From positions 1 to 29,731 of IMG/VR virus record IMGVR_UViG_3300017767_000074: a stretch of DNA of 29,731 bases, one strand, 5' to 3'. Shown here in pieces: positions 10,082 through 18,761 of this stretch. The translations under genes and the position numbers were made by a program. Origin of the DNA: a virus (taxonomy: Duplodnaviria; Caudoviricetes). Positions within the stretch are counted from its first letter, which is position 1. Each line of letters begins with the position of its first letter. The notes under the pieces are model-generated. The model was given only the letters and a program-made list of their open reading frames with translations, searched no databases and was not told the origin of the DNA.

Positions 10082-10823
10082 TATTTCTTGGAAAGAAAAT
10101 AAGGTTTTTATAATCTATTCGGGCACTCAGCTTTCATTCGAATATTCATCTCTTCCAGACAGCGATTTAATTATTCCGGGATTGGATCTTGATGAATTTA
10201 ACCAAATGTTAGACGACCTTCGTTATAACCCTAAAAAGTTTGTAAGAAACTTTAAAGGTAGAAACGACGATTCGGCCGGGTACCAAAGATGTAGAGCTCT
10301 TCTTTTAGCTCGAATCTATCCCGATAAATTTGAAGTTGTAAGTCAGTCTTTTTGCACTCTTGCTTATCGTTACATTTACGATGACATGGGATCTATCGAT
10401 GAGTTGGAAAGTCTTTATAAAGACCTGCAAAGTTTCAAAGAATTTAATGATCCTTATTGGGGTAAATTTACTTATCGTTGGATCACTTCTATTTGGACTG
10501 CACTAGCTCATTGTTATATAAAAGAAGGAGACGCTGAAGCTGCTTTTAAAATTTTTAATAAGATACATTCTTTTGCCGATATTAAATTGTGGCCTGCAGC
10601 AATAGTAAATATATTGGGGGCATGTTATGTGACAGGGCAATCTGCAGAATATTCAAAAAAGATTTATGAATCTGCAATTCATGAATATGAAATAGTACTT
10701 GTTGACAGACTTTCTGTAATTATTGCCGCATCTGCAATTTTAGAAACAATCATGGGTAAAGATAATGTAAAGTGTCCAAGGGTTTATACAAAGGCAAATA
10801 ATTTGCTAAAAAACTATATTTAA
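10053..10823 (+). CDS. Hypothetical protein, predicted helical (possibly TPR-like)
   Basis: ATG 10053 preferred over the TTG at 9990 in the ORF track; overlaps the upstream gene end. The segment WTALAHCYIKEGDAEAAFKIFNKI is TPR-like. Confidence 0.6.
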   Translation: MTKTETKVPNISWKENKVFIIYSGTQLSFEYSSLPDSDLIIPGLDLDEFNQMLDDLRYNPKKFVRNFKGRNDDSAGYQRCRALLLARIYPDKFEVVSQSFCTLAYRYIYDDMGSIDELESLYKDLQSFKEFNDPYWGKFTYRWITSIWTALAHCYIKEGDAEAAFKIFNKIHSFADIKLWPAAIVNILGACYVTGQSAEYSKKIYESAIHEYEIVLVDRLSVIIAASAILETIMGKDNVKCPRVYTKANNLLKNYI

Positions 10824-10846
10824 TATAATGATAAGATAGGAGCTTG

Positions 10847-10854
10847 TATAAATA
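10847..10854 (+). promoter_or_regulatory. T4-type late promoter TATAAATA
   Basis: Exact T4 gp55 consensus in the intergenic region upstream of the holin-like gene. Confidence 0.7.
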
Positions 10855-10873
10855 ATTGTTATCCGCGTGTAAT

Positions 10874-11194
10874 ATGCAAGAGCCCCAAAAATCTTTAGTT
10901 CAAGCCTTTTTAGATGGAGGCTGGTTAGTTCCACTCATTGGCGCAGCAGGTATGATCGCAAGGATTCTTTCTTCAAAGGAAAGTATTACCGCTCAGCTTC
11001 TTTGTAAACGGATTCCAGCCGCTGCTATATCAAGTGGAATTGCGTGGTACATACTAGAGCAAACATCAATTGATAGTTTGTATAAAGCTGTGATTTATGG
11101 AATTGTTGGTGTTATATCACCAGAAGTAATTGAAGGCATTGTTACTTTGGCTAAAAGGATCGCAAAGAATCCTTCGCGATTTATTCGGAAATGA
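10874..11194 (+). CDS. Small membrane protein, putative holin
   Basis: About 106 aa with three hydrophobic segments and a basic C-terminus (AKRIAKNPSRFIRK); late promoter upstream. Confidence 0.55.
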   Translation: MQEPQKSLVQAFLDGGWLVPLIGAAGMIARILSSKESITAQLLCKRIPAAAISSGIAWYILEQTSIDSLYKAVIYGIVGVISPEVIEGIVTLAKRIAKNPSRFIRK

Positions 11195-11197
11195 TTA

Positions 11198-11413
11198 ATG
11201 AAAACCTTTACTAGAATATTTTTGCTTTCAATCGTTGGTATCTTTTCATATAAAGCTTTACTTGGAACTTGTGTTTGGTATAGAGAAAAGTTTAACGATC
11301 TTGAACTGCCATCTCAAATGCTAAAGGATTCCACTGATGATATTCTCATGGGTCTTGTGGTCTTTATTACCGTTCTGCTGTCTTCTCAAATTGGTAGAAG
11401 AAGATGTAAGTAA
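11198..11413 (+). CDS. Small two-TM membrane protein (possible lysis accessory)
   Basis: 71 aa, two hydrophobic stretches, basic C-terminus, 3 nt after the holin-like gene. Confidence 0.55.
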   Translation: MKTFTRIFLLSIVGIFSYKALLGTCVWYREKFNDLELPSQMLKDSTDDILMGLVVFITVLLSSQIGRRRCK

Positions 11414-11427
11414 TAAGAATTAAACTA

Positions 11428-11435
11428 TATAAATA
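11428..11435 (+). promoter_or_regulatory. Late promoter TATAAATA, 5 nt before gp13 ATG
   Basis: TATAAATA-gttgt-ATG. Confidence 0.8.
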
Positions 11436-11440
11436 GTTGT

Positions 11441-12187
11441 ATGGCTAAACCAACAACTAGAACCGAATTAGCTGACTACTGTTTAAGAGCACTAGGTGCG
11501 CCGGTAGTTGAGATTAATATTGACGACGATCAAATCGAAGATCGCATTGATGAAGCTATTCAATACTGGCAAGAGTATCATTCTGATGCTGCTGTAAGGA
11601 CACTGATTAAACACCAAGTAACTGCATCTGATCTTTCGACGAACGAAATTGAAGTTCCTGATGCAGTTCTTTCTGTTGTAAGAGTTCTCGCATTTCAAGA
11701 CTTTTCCAGCACATCTTTGTTTAATGCAAAATACCAAATGTATCTTAATGATTTCTTTGGAATGCGAAACCCAGGTGGCTTGTTGAATTACGAGCTTACT
11801 TCTCAATACATGAGTTTGGTCGAAGATATTCTTAACGGTCATGGACAATCGCTGTCTTTTAATCGTCATAAGAATACTATTAAGTTTCATGCTGATATTA
11901 CCGAACACGTATCAGAAGGAGAGTTTCTAATTTTTGAAACTTTTCAAACCATAAACCCCTCCAGTTATCCAGACATTTTTGATGACATGGGTTTAAAGGA
12001 ACTTCTTACGCTTCTTATCAAAAAGCAATGGGGTCAAAATATTAGTAAGTTTGAAGGTATGCAGCTGCCAGGTGGTGTAACTATAAGTGGAGCGAAAATA
12101 TATGACGATGCGGTTGCTGATCTTAAAGAGCTTAAAGAAACGTGGCAGCTTAGATATGAAGAACCCCTTGACATCTTTATTGGATAA
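11441..12187 (+). CDS. gp13: Neck protein gp13
   Basis: MAKPTTRTELADYCLRALGAPVVEINIDDDQIEDRIDEAIQY...KKQWGQNISKFEGMQLPGGVT; synteny. Confidence 0.95.
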   Translation: MAKPTTRTELADYCLRALGAPVVEINIDDDQIEDRIDEAIQYWQEYHSDAAVRTLIKHQVTASDLSTNEIEVPDAVLSVVRVLAFQDFSSTSLFNAKYQMYLNDFFGMRNPGGLLNYELTSQYMSLVEDILNGHGQSLSFNRHKNTIKFHADITEHVSEGEFLIFETFQTINPSSYPDIFDDMGLKELLTLLIKKQWGQNISKFEGMQLPGGVTISGAKIYDDAVADLKELKETWQLRYEEPLDIFIG

Positions 12188-13131
12188 TGCCAACCAACCC
12201 ATACTTTCAAAACGGAACTCGACAAGAGCAAGATCTTTACGAGTCACTAATCATTGAAGCCATTCAAATTTATGGTGTCGATGCTTATTACATTCCTCGT
12301 AAAATCGTTAAACAAGATTTGATACTCAATGAAGATCTTATAAGCGCGTTTGAAAAAGCTTATAAGATTGAAATGTATGTCGAAAGTGTTGATGGATTTG
12401 AAGGTGATGGTCAGCTGCTTTCCAAGTTTGGTCTTGAGATTCGCGATAACGTAAACTTAGTAATTGCTAATCTTCGCTGGAATCAACTTATAGGTCAGTA
12501 TGGATATTCAGAGAATAGTGCTCGACCGCTAGAAGGTGACCTTATTTATTTTCCTTTGACCAAAGGATTATTCGAAATTAAGTTTGTTGAAACCAATAAA
12601 CCATTTAGACAACTTCAAGACATCCCGATTTTTCGTCTTTCTTGCGAGTTGTTTGAATACGAAAGTCAAGAAATTGACACAGGGATCGCAGAGATTGATA
12701 TTATTCAAGCTGATAATGGTAATCACATGGTTGCAGAATATACCAACAATGATTCACCGATTCAAGAGTTGGAAGCTAATGAAACCTTAAACTTTACCCT
12801 TCCAAGTGGAGTAACAGGTTCGTGCGAGTTCTTTAAATACGAAACAATTACTGATTCTCCACAACTTGAAAGAATACACATTGGTTTACCGACGTTTAAT
12901 GATGGAAAATACCATGCTATAACAGCTGGAACAATAATGATTGGAGAGAATAGCGGAGCTTCAATCACGGTGAGTAGATTTAATACAATAGATGATGGTA
13001 CTGCGGATGACGACGAGCTTTTTCCAAGTGATCCTGCCGCACAAAACTCTATCTTTAGTCAGACAGTTAATGCGAATGATTTCCTTGACTTTAGCGAAGA
13101 GAATCCATTTGGTGAACCATTTAACTTCTAA
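12187..13131 (+). CDS. gp14: Neck protein gp14
   Basis: EQDLYESLIIEAIQIYGVDAYYIPR, LSKFGLEIRD, RPLEGDLIYFP..KGLFEIKFVE, C-terminal LDFSEENPFGE. Confidence 0.95.
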   Translation: MPTNPYFQNGTRQEQDLYESLIIEAIQIYGVDAYYIPRKIVKQDLILNEDLISAFEKAYKIEMYVESVDGFEGDGQLLSKFGLEIRDNVNLVIANLRWNQLIGQYGYSENSARPLEGDLIYFPLTKGLFEIKFVETNKPFRQLQDIPIFRLSCELFEYESQEIDTGIAEIDIIQADNGNHMVAEYTNNDSPIQELEANETLNFTLPSGVTGSCEFFKYETITDSPQLERIHIGLPTFNDGKYHAITAGTIMIGENSGASITVSRFNTIDDGTADDDELFPSDPAAQNSIFSQTVNANDFLDFSEENPFGEPFNF

Positions 13132-13133
13132 GC

Positions 13134-13853
13134 ATGCTAAGTAATCCATATTTTTATAATGAAACGCTTAAAAAGACTGTGGCGGTTTTTGGTACTCTCT
13201 TTAATGACATTGAGATAGCCAATATCTCCGCAGGGAAAATGGTTGGGGTTCAACGCGTTTCTCTTGCTTATGCACCAAAAGAAAAGTACCTTGCTCGCAT
13301 TGAAGCTGATGTGGAAAACGATATTGGTTTAAAGCTGCCTCGCATGAGCTTTGAAATGACAGGACTTTCATACGACGCTGAGGTTAAGCTAAATCGTTTA
13401 AATAGAACAGTTCAAACGAACGATGAAGGAAATAAAGTTAAAGTTTGGCAAAATGCTCCTTATACATTATCTTTTGATTTAAATATAATGTCAAGAGGAC
13501 AAGATGAAGCGCTGCAAATACTTGAACAAATAATTCCTCACTTTAATCCAAATTACACCGTTACTGTTAAAGGTCTTGAAGGACCTGAAAGTAAAACTGA
13601 TATACCTATCACTCTTGAAGGTGTTAACTTTGAAGATGGATACGAAGGAGACTTTGAGTCTTCTAGAAGACTGCTTATATACACTTTATCATTTAATCTT
13701 AAGACAAAATTTTCGTTTTTTCCTTCAACTGTTGGCCTTATAGAAACTGTCGATACTTTCTTTCACGACTTCGACACCAATGGCGCGTATGTAGACGCTG
13801 GCGTAAGAGTTACCGAAACAACTACCGTAATTGGAACTAAACCTGATTCATAA
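13134..13853 (+). CDS. gp15: Tail sheath stabiliser/terminator gp15, copy A
   Basis: YFYNETLKKTVAVFGTLFNDI, YAPKEKYLAR, LPRMSFEM, QILEQIIPHFNP. Confidence 0.92.
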   Translation: MLSNPYFYNETLKKTVAVFGTLFNDIEIANISAGKMVGVQRVSLAYAPKEKYLARIEADVENDIGLKLPRMSFEMTGLSYDAEVKLNRLNRTVQTNDEGNKVKVWQNAPYTLSFDLNIMSRGQDEALQILEQIIPHFNPNYTVTVKGLEGPESKTDIPITLEGVNFEDGYEGDFESSRRLLIYTLSFNLKTKFSFFPSTVGLIETVDTFFHDFDTNGAYVDAGVRVTETTTVIGTKPDS

Positions 13854-13854
13854 C

Positions 13855-14634
13855 ATGCTTGGTCACTCGTATTTTTATAATGGCACAGTTAAGAAAATGG
13901 TGTCAATATTTGGTCAACTATTCAACGATATTGAAATAGCACAAGTTGTTGGAGGAAAGATAACAGGTGTTAAACGCGTTCCTCTTTCTTATGCACCAAA
14001 AGAAAAGTTTCTTGCCCGTATTAAAGTTGGTATAGAAAATAGTGTTGCATTACAGCTTCCTCGTATGAGCTTTGAGATGACTGGACTTTCATACGATACC
14101 GCCACCAAATTAAATCGTATGAATAGAAATGTTCAGACCGATAGTGAAGGTAACCGCGTTAAAGTAAATCAGAATGCTCCTTATAATATTATCTTTTCTC
14201 TGAATATTATGTCAAGAGGACAGGATGAAGCATTACAAATTTTGGAACAAATAATTCCTCACTTTAATCCAAATTATACTTTAAGCGTTAAGGAACTAGA
14301 AGGTCCAGAAAGTATAACCGATGTTCCTGTAACTTTAACAGATGTAAGCAGCGAAGATGGATATGAAGGAGATTTTGAATCTTCTCGTCGTTTGATTATT
14401 TACACACTAACCTTTAATGCTAAGACTAAGTTTATAAGTAATCCAGGGCCCAAGAGTCTTATCAAATCGGTAGATACTTTCTTTAATGACTTTGATACTT
14501 CGGGAAGGTATACAGACGCGGGTGTAAGAGTTAGAACAAAATTTCAAACCGGTACAGAAGACTCACACACAGTTGTAGTCGAAATTGGCGAGCCGCCTGA
14601 TCCAGAAAATGTGTGGGATTCTCCAAGTACATAA
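13855..14634 (+). CDS. gp15: Tail sheath stabiliser/terminator gp15, copy B
   Basis: ATG 13855 preferred to the track start at 13831. Same motifs as copy A; 160/226 identical residues in an ungapped hand alignment; longer C-terminal tail. Confidence 0.92.
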   Translation: MLGHSYFYNGTVKKMVSIFGQLFNDIEIAQVVGGKITGVKRVPLSYAPKEKFLARIKVGIENSVALQLPRMSFEMTGLSYDTATKLNRMNRNVQTDSEGNRVKVNQNAPYNIIFSLNIMSRGQDEALQILEQIIPHFNPNYTLSVKELEGPESITDVPVTLTDVSSEDGYEGDFESSRRLIIYTLTFNAKTKFISNPGPKSLIKSVDTFFNDFDTSGRYTDAGVRVRTKFQTGTEDSHTVVVEIGEPPDPENVWDSPST

Positions 14635-14641
14635 TAAGACA

Positions 14642-14649
14642 AATAAATA
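14642..14649 (+). promoter_or_regulatory. Late promoter AATAAATA, 5 nt before gp16 ATG
   Basis: AATAAATA-aactt-ATG(14655). Confidence 0.65.
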
Positions 14650-14654
14650 AACTT

Positions 14655-15104
14655 ATGAGTAAAAAGGACGACATGGTCGCCGCGCTGCAAAAGAATTTAG
14701 ATGAAGTAAAAAAGACTTCTGACGAGCTTGCAGTGGTCGATTCAATGATAGGGCCGTCCGATGCTCAACTTGTAGACGAGACCGAAGAAGATTATCGTTA
14801 TGCTAGAGAACGTATTAAGAAACTTATAGAAACTTCGGAGACTGCAATTGATTCCATGTCTTGTCTTGCGGCAGACGCTGAACATCCTCGCGCCTTTGAG
14901 GTATTGGGAACCTTGATTAAACAGGCTGCAGAAATGAATCAACAACTTTTAGATCTTCAAAAGCAGCGCAAGACTCTTGTTAAATCAGATGACCCAAAAG
15001 GTAATGAAGGTGGATCTACTACTAATAACGCCATCTTTGTTGGAACCACATCTGAACTCCAGAAGTTCCTTAAAGGATCAGATAGCGAGACTATCAATGT
15101 TTAA
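14655..15104 (+). CDS. gp16: Terminase small subunit gp16
   Basis: DYRYARE, EHPRAFEVLGTLIK, TTNNAIFVGTTSELQKFLK; ATG 14655 preferred. Confidence 0.93.
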   Translation: MSKKDDMVAALQKNLDEVKKTSDELAVVDSMIGPSDAQLVDETEEDYRYARERIKKLIETSETAIDSMSCLAADAEHPRAFEVLGTLIKQAAEMNQQLLDLQKQRKTLVKSDDPKGNEGGSTTNNAIFVGTTSELQKFLKGSDSETINV

Positions 15105-15127
15105 TCCTTTTATCCCTTCGGGAACTA

Positions 15128-15156
15128 ATTATATCAAAACGTAAAAGGCTTGTAAA
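15128..15156 (-). promoter_or_regulatory. Antisense sigma70-type promoter TTTACA-N17-(TGa)TATAAT
   Basis: The + strand reads ATTATA(15128-33)-17 nt-TGTAAA(15151-56). On the - strand this has an extended -10 and a T-rich upstream tract. Confidence 0.65.
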
Positions 15157-15174
15157 GGAAAAAAGAAAAAATTA

Positions 15175-16764
15175 ATGTCCAGTCCGCTGTCATATAATGG
15201 AAATCCCAATGTAAAAGCTGATGGAGTGCAAGTGGAATTTACCAAGCATGAAGTAAATGAATACATTCGTTGCAGCAAAGACGTAGCTTACTTCTGTGAG
15301 AACTACGTAAAAGTCATTAGCCTTGATAGTGGTTTAACCCCATTTGTTCTTAGGGGCTATCAAAGGAAAATGGTCGAGCATCTTAATGATAATCGCTTTT
15401 CTATTATTCTTGCTTGTCGACAAAGCGGTAAGAGTATTACCTCGGTTGCATGGCTACTTCACTATGTTATATTTAACGCTGATAAAAAGGTTGGCATTCT
15501 AGCAAACAAAGGCGCGACTGCAAGAGAAATGCTGGGCCGACTTACGCTCATGCTCGAGAACCTTCCCTTCTTTCTACAACCGGGATGTAAGGTTCTGAAC
15601 AAAGGTAGTATCAAGTTTAGTAACAACTCCGAGATTATTGCTTCTGCAACAAGCGGTGATTCAATTCGAGGTCTTTCACTGAACTGTATCTTTCTTGACG
15701 AGTTTGGATTCGTCAACAGGGCGAATGAGTTTTACACTTCAACTTATCCTGTTATTTCAAGCGGTAAAGACACAAAGGTTATTATTACCAGCACGCCAAA
15801 TGGTGTGGGAAATATGTTTTACAAAATATGGGAAGGTGCAATTCAAGGCGCAAATGAATTTAAACCTTTTACTATTAAGTGGAGGGACGTACCCGGCCGT
15901 GATGAAAAATGGAAACAAGAAACTATTTCTAATACAAGCGAGTTGCAATTCAAGCAGGAATTTGAGTGCTCTTTCATTGGTAGCTCTGAAACACTGATTG
16001 ATTCAGATGTATTGCTGGGAATGCAAGCTCAATCACCTGTTAAAGTCCAACATGAAATTAACTATTATGAAGAGCCTATTGAAGGACACGAATACATTCT
16101 TTGTGCTGATGTATCAAAGGGTCGGGGTCAGGACTATAGTACATTCTCTGTGATTGATATCTCTCAAAATCCATTCAAGCAAGTTTGTACATATCGAAAC
16201 AACACCATTTCCCCGCTGCTTTTTCCTAATATGATTATTCGTGCAGCCAAAGTTTATGATGAAGCACTTGTGATTATTGAAAACAATGACGCTGGGATGG
16301 TTGTGTGTAACTCGGTTTATTACGATCACGAATACGAAAATACCTTTACTACAAGTACTGTTAAAAGTAATGGAATTGGAGTAACCATGTCCCGCAAAGT
16401 TAAAAGAATTGGTTGCTCTAACTTAAAGGACCTTATCGAAGATTCAAAGCTTCATATAATAGATCCCGAAACCATTTCAGAGTTAAGCTCATTCGAGCCC
16501 AAAGGTGATAGCTATGCTGGTAAGGATGGTACACATGACGACTCTGTAATGAACTTTGTTCTTTTTGCTTGGTTTGTCAGTACCGATATATTTGAAAGCA
16601 TGAGTAACATGCAACTTAAAGACCTTCTTTATCAGGAAAAGCTACTGGAAATGGAAGAAGATTTACCGCCTTTTGGTTTTGTAGATTCAGGCAACGAAAC
16701 TCCAAAATCATTTGAAAAATATGAAGAGATGGTACAAGATATACGTCGTTGGAAGTCACTTTAA
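15175..16764 (+). CDS. gp17: Terminase large subunit gp17
   Basis: YNGNPNVK, Walker A CRQSGKS, Walker B IFLDEFGFV, ITSTPNG, nuclease ADVSKGRGQDYS and HDDSVM. Confidence 0.97.
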   Translation: MSSPLSYNGNPNVKADGVQVEFTKHEVNEYIRCSKDVAYFCENYVKVISLDSGLTPFVLRGYQRKMVEHLNDNRFSIILACRQSGKSITSVAWLLHYVIFNADKKVGILANKGATAREMLGRLTLMLENLPFFLQPGCKVLNKGSIKFSNNSEIIASATSGDSIRGLSLNCIFLDEFGFVNRANEFYTSTYPVISSGKDTKVIITSTPNGVGNMFYKIWEGAIQGANEFKPFTIKWRDVPGRDEKWKQETISNTSELQFKQEFECSFIGSSETLIDSDVLLGMQAQSPVKVQHEINYYEEPIEGHEYILCADVSKGRGQDYSTFSVIDISQNPFKQVCTYRNNTISPLLFPNMIIRAAKVYDEALVIIENNDAGMVVCNSVYYDHEYENTFTTSTVKSNGIGVTMSRKVKRIGCSNLKDLIEDSKLHIIDPETISELSSFEPKGDSYAGKDGTHDDSVMNFVLFAWFVSTDIFESMSNMQLKDLLYQEKLLEMEEDLPPFGFVDSGNETPKSFEKYEEMVQDIRRWKSL

Positions 16765-16776
16765 AAACCCAAAAAT

Positions 16777-16784
16777 AATAAATA
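16777..16784 (+). promoter_or_regulatory. Late promoter AATAAATA upstream of gp18
   Basis: NATAAATA in the intergenic region; AAGGA SD-like sequence before ATG 16853. Confidence 0.6.
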
Positions 16785-16852
16785 GATTGTATTGAATATA
16801 ACCTTATTATGTTTTAACTTATTAATTAAATTACACTGAAAGGATAACACAC

Positions 16853-18718
16853 ATGGGATTTTTAGTATCACCAGGTGTCGAGGTCAAAGAAACAGACCTT
16901 ACAGACATCATTCCGGCACAGTCTACCTCTGTTGGTGGATATGCTGGTCACTTCAGATGGGGACCAATTGGAGAATTGGTTACCGTCAGTTCGGAGAAGG
17001 ACCTCGCGAGAATATTCGGAGCACCCTCAACAGAAGACGCAACACTCGAAAGAAGCTTTTTGGAAGCTGCTTCATTTTTGAAGTATAGCAATAACCTGAA
17101 AATTTCTCGCGCGAAAACAACCGGAGCATTTAACGCTATAGGAGATTTTGCTGATGACTCACCAACTGGTGATTTTGACGATTCTCCACTCAATCGTTTT
17201 CTTGCCAATTCTCCTGCAGGAGCATTTTTTGATTCTCCCGCATCTGAAATTGGTAAATTCACCATTAGCACAGTAACGGAACTTGAAAGTAATCAAGCAG
17301 AACTTAATGCACTTGACGCGCACATTGTTGCTCGCTGTGCAGGATCTCTTGGTAACTCACTCAGGGTTCACGTTATTAATAACAATAATTACGACTCTGC
17401 TCCGGCGAGCATTAAAGGTTCTCTTCAGTTTAAGCCCGGTACAAGTGATTGGGCAGCGAATCTTACAGGTTCTTCTGCAATCAATGACGAAGTTTCAGTC
17501 GTTGTCGTTGACCAAGGTGGAGAATTTACTGGCGTAAAAGGAGAAATTCTTGAAGTTCACGAAGGTCTTTCCATTGCACGTAACGCTAAAAACCAATTTG
17601 GCGAGTCAAATTATTGGGCAGATTTTGTTAACAATAATTCCGCACTTATCTTTGGTGTTACGGATACAGATACAATTACTGGCGATCCATTGCTTGCAGC
17701 GGATGTTGCTGATAATTCACCAGATGATTTAGGAGCAATCCCTTGGCTTGACAGCGTTATTGAAAGCCCAACTGACCTAAATGATACATACGTAGATCTT
17801 GGCGGTGGTCTAGATGGAACCTTTACCGGTCAATCTGACGCGGTTATCACAGCGCTTCAATTGTTTGAAGATGCCGAAACTGTAGACGTTAACTTGCTTT
17901 TTGCCTTTGAAGAAAATACTGGTGCATTAGCAACAGTTAATAAAGAGCTTGAAACAATTGCAAATTCGCGTAAAGATATTGTTGGATTTATCTCTGCTCC
18001 TCTTACGGTTAAAGATAAAACAACTGATGCTGATCGAAAGACTGAAGTCAAAAATCACTTTACTGAATTTGGCTCAAGCAGCTATATTGTGTTTGATAGT
18101 GGTCCAGCTTATGTTTACAACAAGTATCGTGATAGGTTTGTTTTCGTTCAGCTTCATGGCCACATTGCTGGTCTTTGTGCAGCTACTGATGATGCAGCCG
18201 ATTCATGGTTCTCTCCTGCTGGTCTTAATCGTGGCCAATTGCGAGGCATTACGCGACTTGCGTATAACCCCAAGCAAGCTGATCGTGACGATCTTTACCA
18301 AAATCGAATCAACCCTGTTGTTACCCTACCGGGTCAAGGAACGGTTCTTTTTGGTGATAAGACCGCATTGACCAAGCCAAGTGCGTTTGACCGCATTAAT
18401 GTTCGCCGTCTCTTTATTACTATTGAGAAAGCGATTGCTACTGCAAGTAAGTTCCAATTGTTTGAACTTAATGATACTTTCACCCGCTCTGCTTTCCGCA
18501 ATGCTATTGAGCCATTCCTCAGGGATGTTCAAGGGCGAAGAGGTATTACAGACTTCCGCGTTATTTGTGATCAAACAAATAATACTGCAGAAGTAATTGA
18601 CGGAAATCGTTTCGTGGCTGATATCTTTATCAAGCCTACACGTTCGATTAACTTTGTAACGTTGAATTTCGTTGCTACTAGAACTGGTATATCTTTTGAA
18701 GAATTAATCGGAAGATAA
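16853..18718 (+). CDS. gp18: Tail sheath protein gp18
   Basis: MGFLVSPGVEVKETDLT, FRWGP, WFSPAGLNRG, LFGDKT...SAFDRINVRRLF, IKPTRSINFVTLNFVATRTG. Confidence 0.97.
   Translation: MGFLVSPGVEVKETDLTDIIPAQSTSVGGYAGHFRWGPIGELVTVSSEKDLARIFGAPSTEDATLERSFLEAASFLKYSNNLKISRAKTTGAFNAIGDFADDSPTGDFDDSPLNRFLANSPAGAFFDSPASEIGKFTISTVTELESNQAELNALDAHIVARCAGSLGNSLRVHVINNNNYDSAPASIKGSLQFKPGTSDWAANLTGSSAINDEVSVVVVDQGGEFTGVKGEILEVHEGLSIARNAKNQFGESNYWADFVNNNSALIFGVTDTDTITGDPLLAADVADNSPDDLGAIPWLDSVIESPTDLNDTYVDLGGGLDGTFTGQSDAVITALQLFEDAETVDVNLLFAFEENTGALATVNKELETIANSRKDIVGFISAPLTVKDKTTDADRKTEVKNHFTEFGSSSYIVFDSGPAYVYNKYRDRFVFVQLHGHIAGLCAATDDAADSWFSPAGLNRGQLRGITRLAYNPKQADRDDLYQNRINPVVTLPGQGTVLFGDKTALTKPSAFDRINVRRLFITIEKAIATASKFQLFELNDTFTRSAFRNAIEPFLRDVQGRRGITDFRVICDQTNNTAEVIDGNRFVADIFIKPTRSINFVTLNFVATRTGISFEELIGR
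17141..17239 (+). repeat. Imperfect peptide repeat in gp18, four units ending in (D/N)SP
   Basis: GDFADDSPT-GDFDDSPL-NRFLANSPA-GAFFDSP; Ser-Pro spaced 8, 9 and 8 residues apart. Confidence 0.85.
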
Positions 18719-18728
18719 GCAATAAGAA

Positions 18729-18736
18729 TATAAATA
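18729..18736 (+). promoter_or_regulatory. Late promoter TATAAATA upstream of gp19
   Basis: Exact consensus; AGGA SD-like sequence before ATG 18762. Confidence 0.8.
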
Positions 18737-18761
18737 TAACAAATAGTTAGGATAAAAAATT

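Noticed and set aside
14958-15098. Short TTG-started minus-strand ORF with an AAGGA upstream, downstream of the antisense promoter
   Set aside because: About 46 codons in the mirror frame of gp16 with no recognisable features; not supportable as a gene.
15113-15123. C(UUCG)G tetraloop-like sequence after gp16
   Set aside because: The stem around the tetraloop is only 2 bp and no U-tract follows, so it is too weak to call a terminator.
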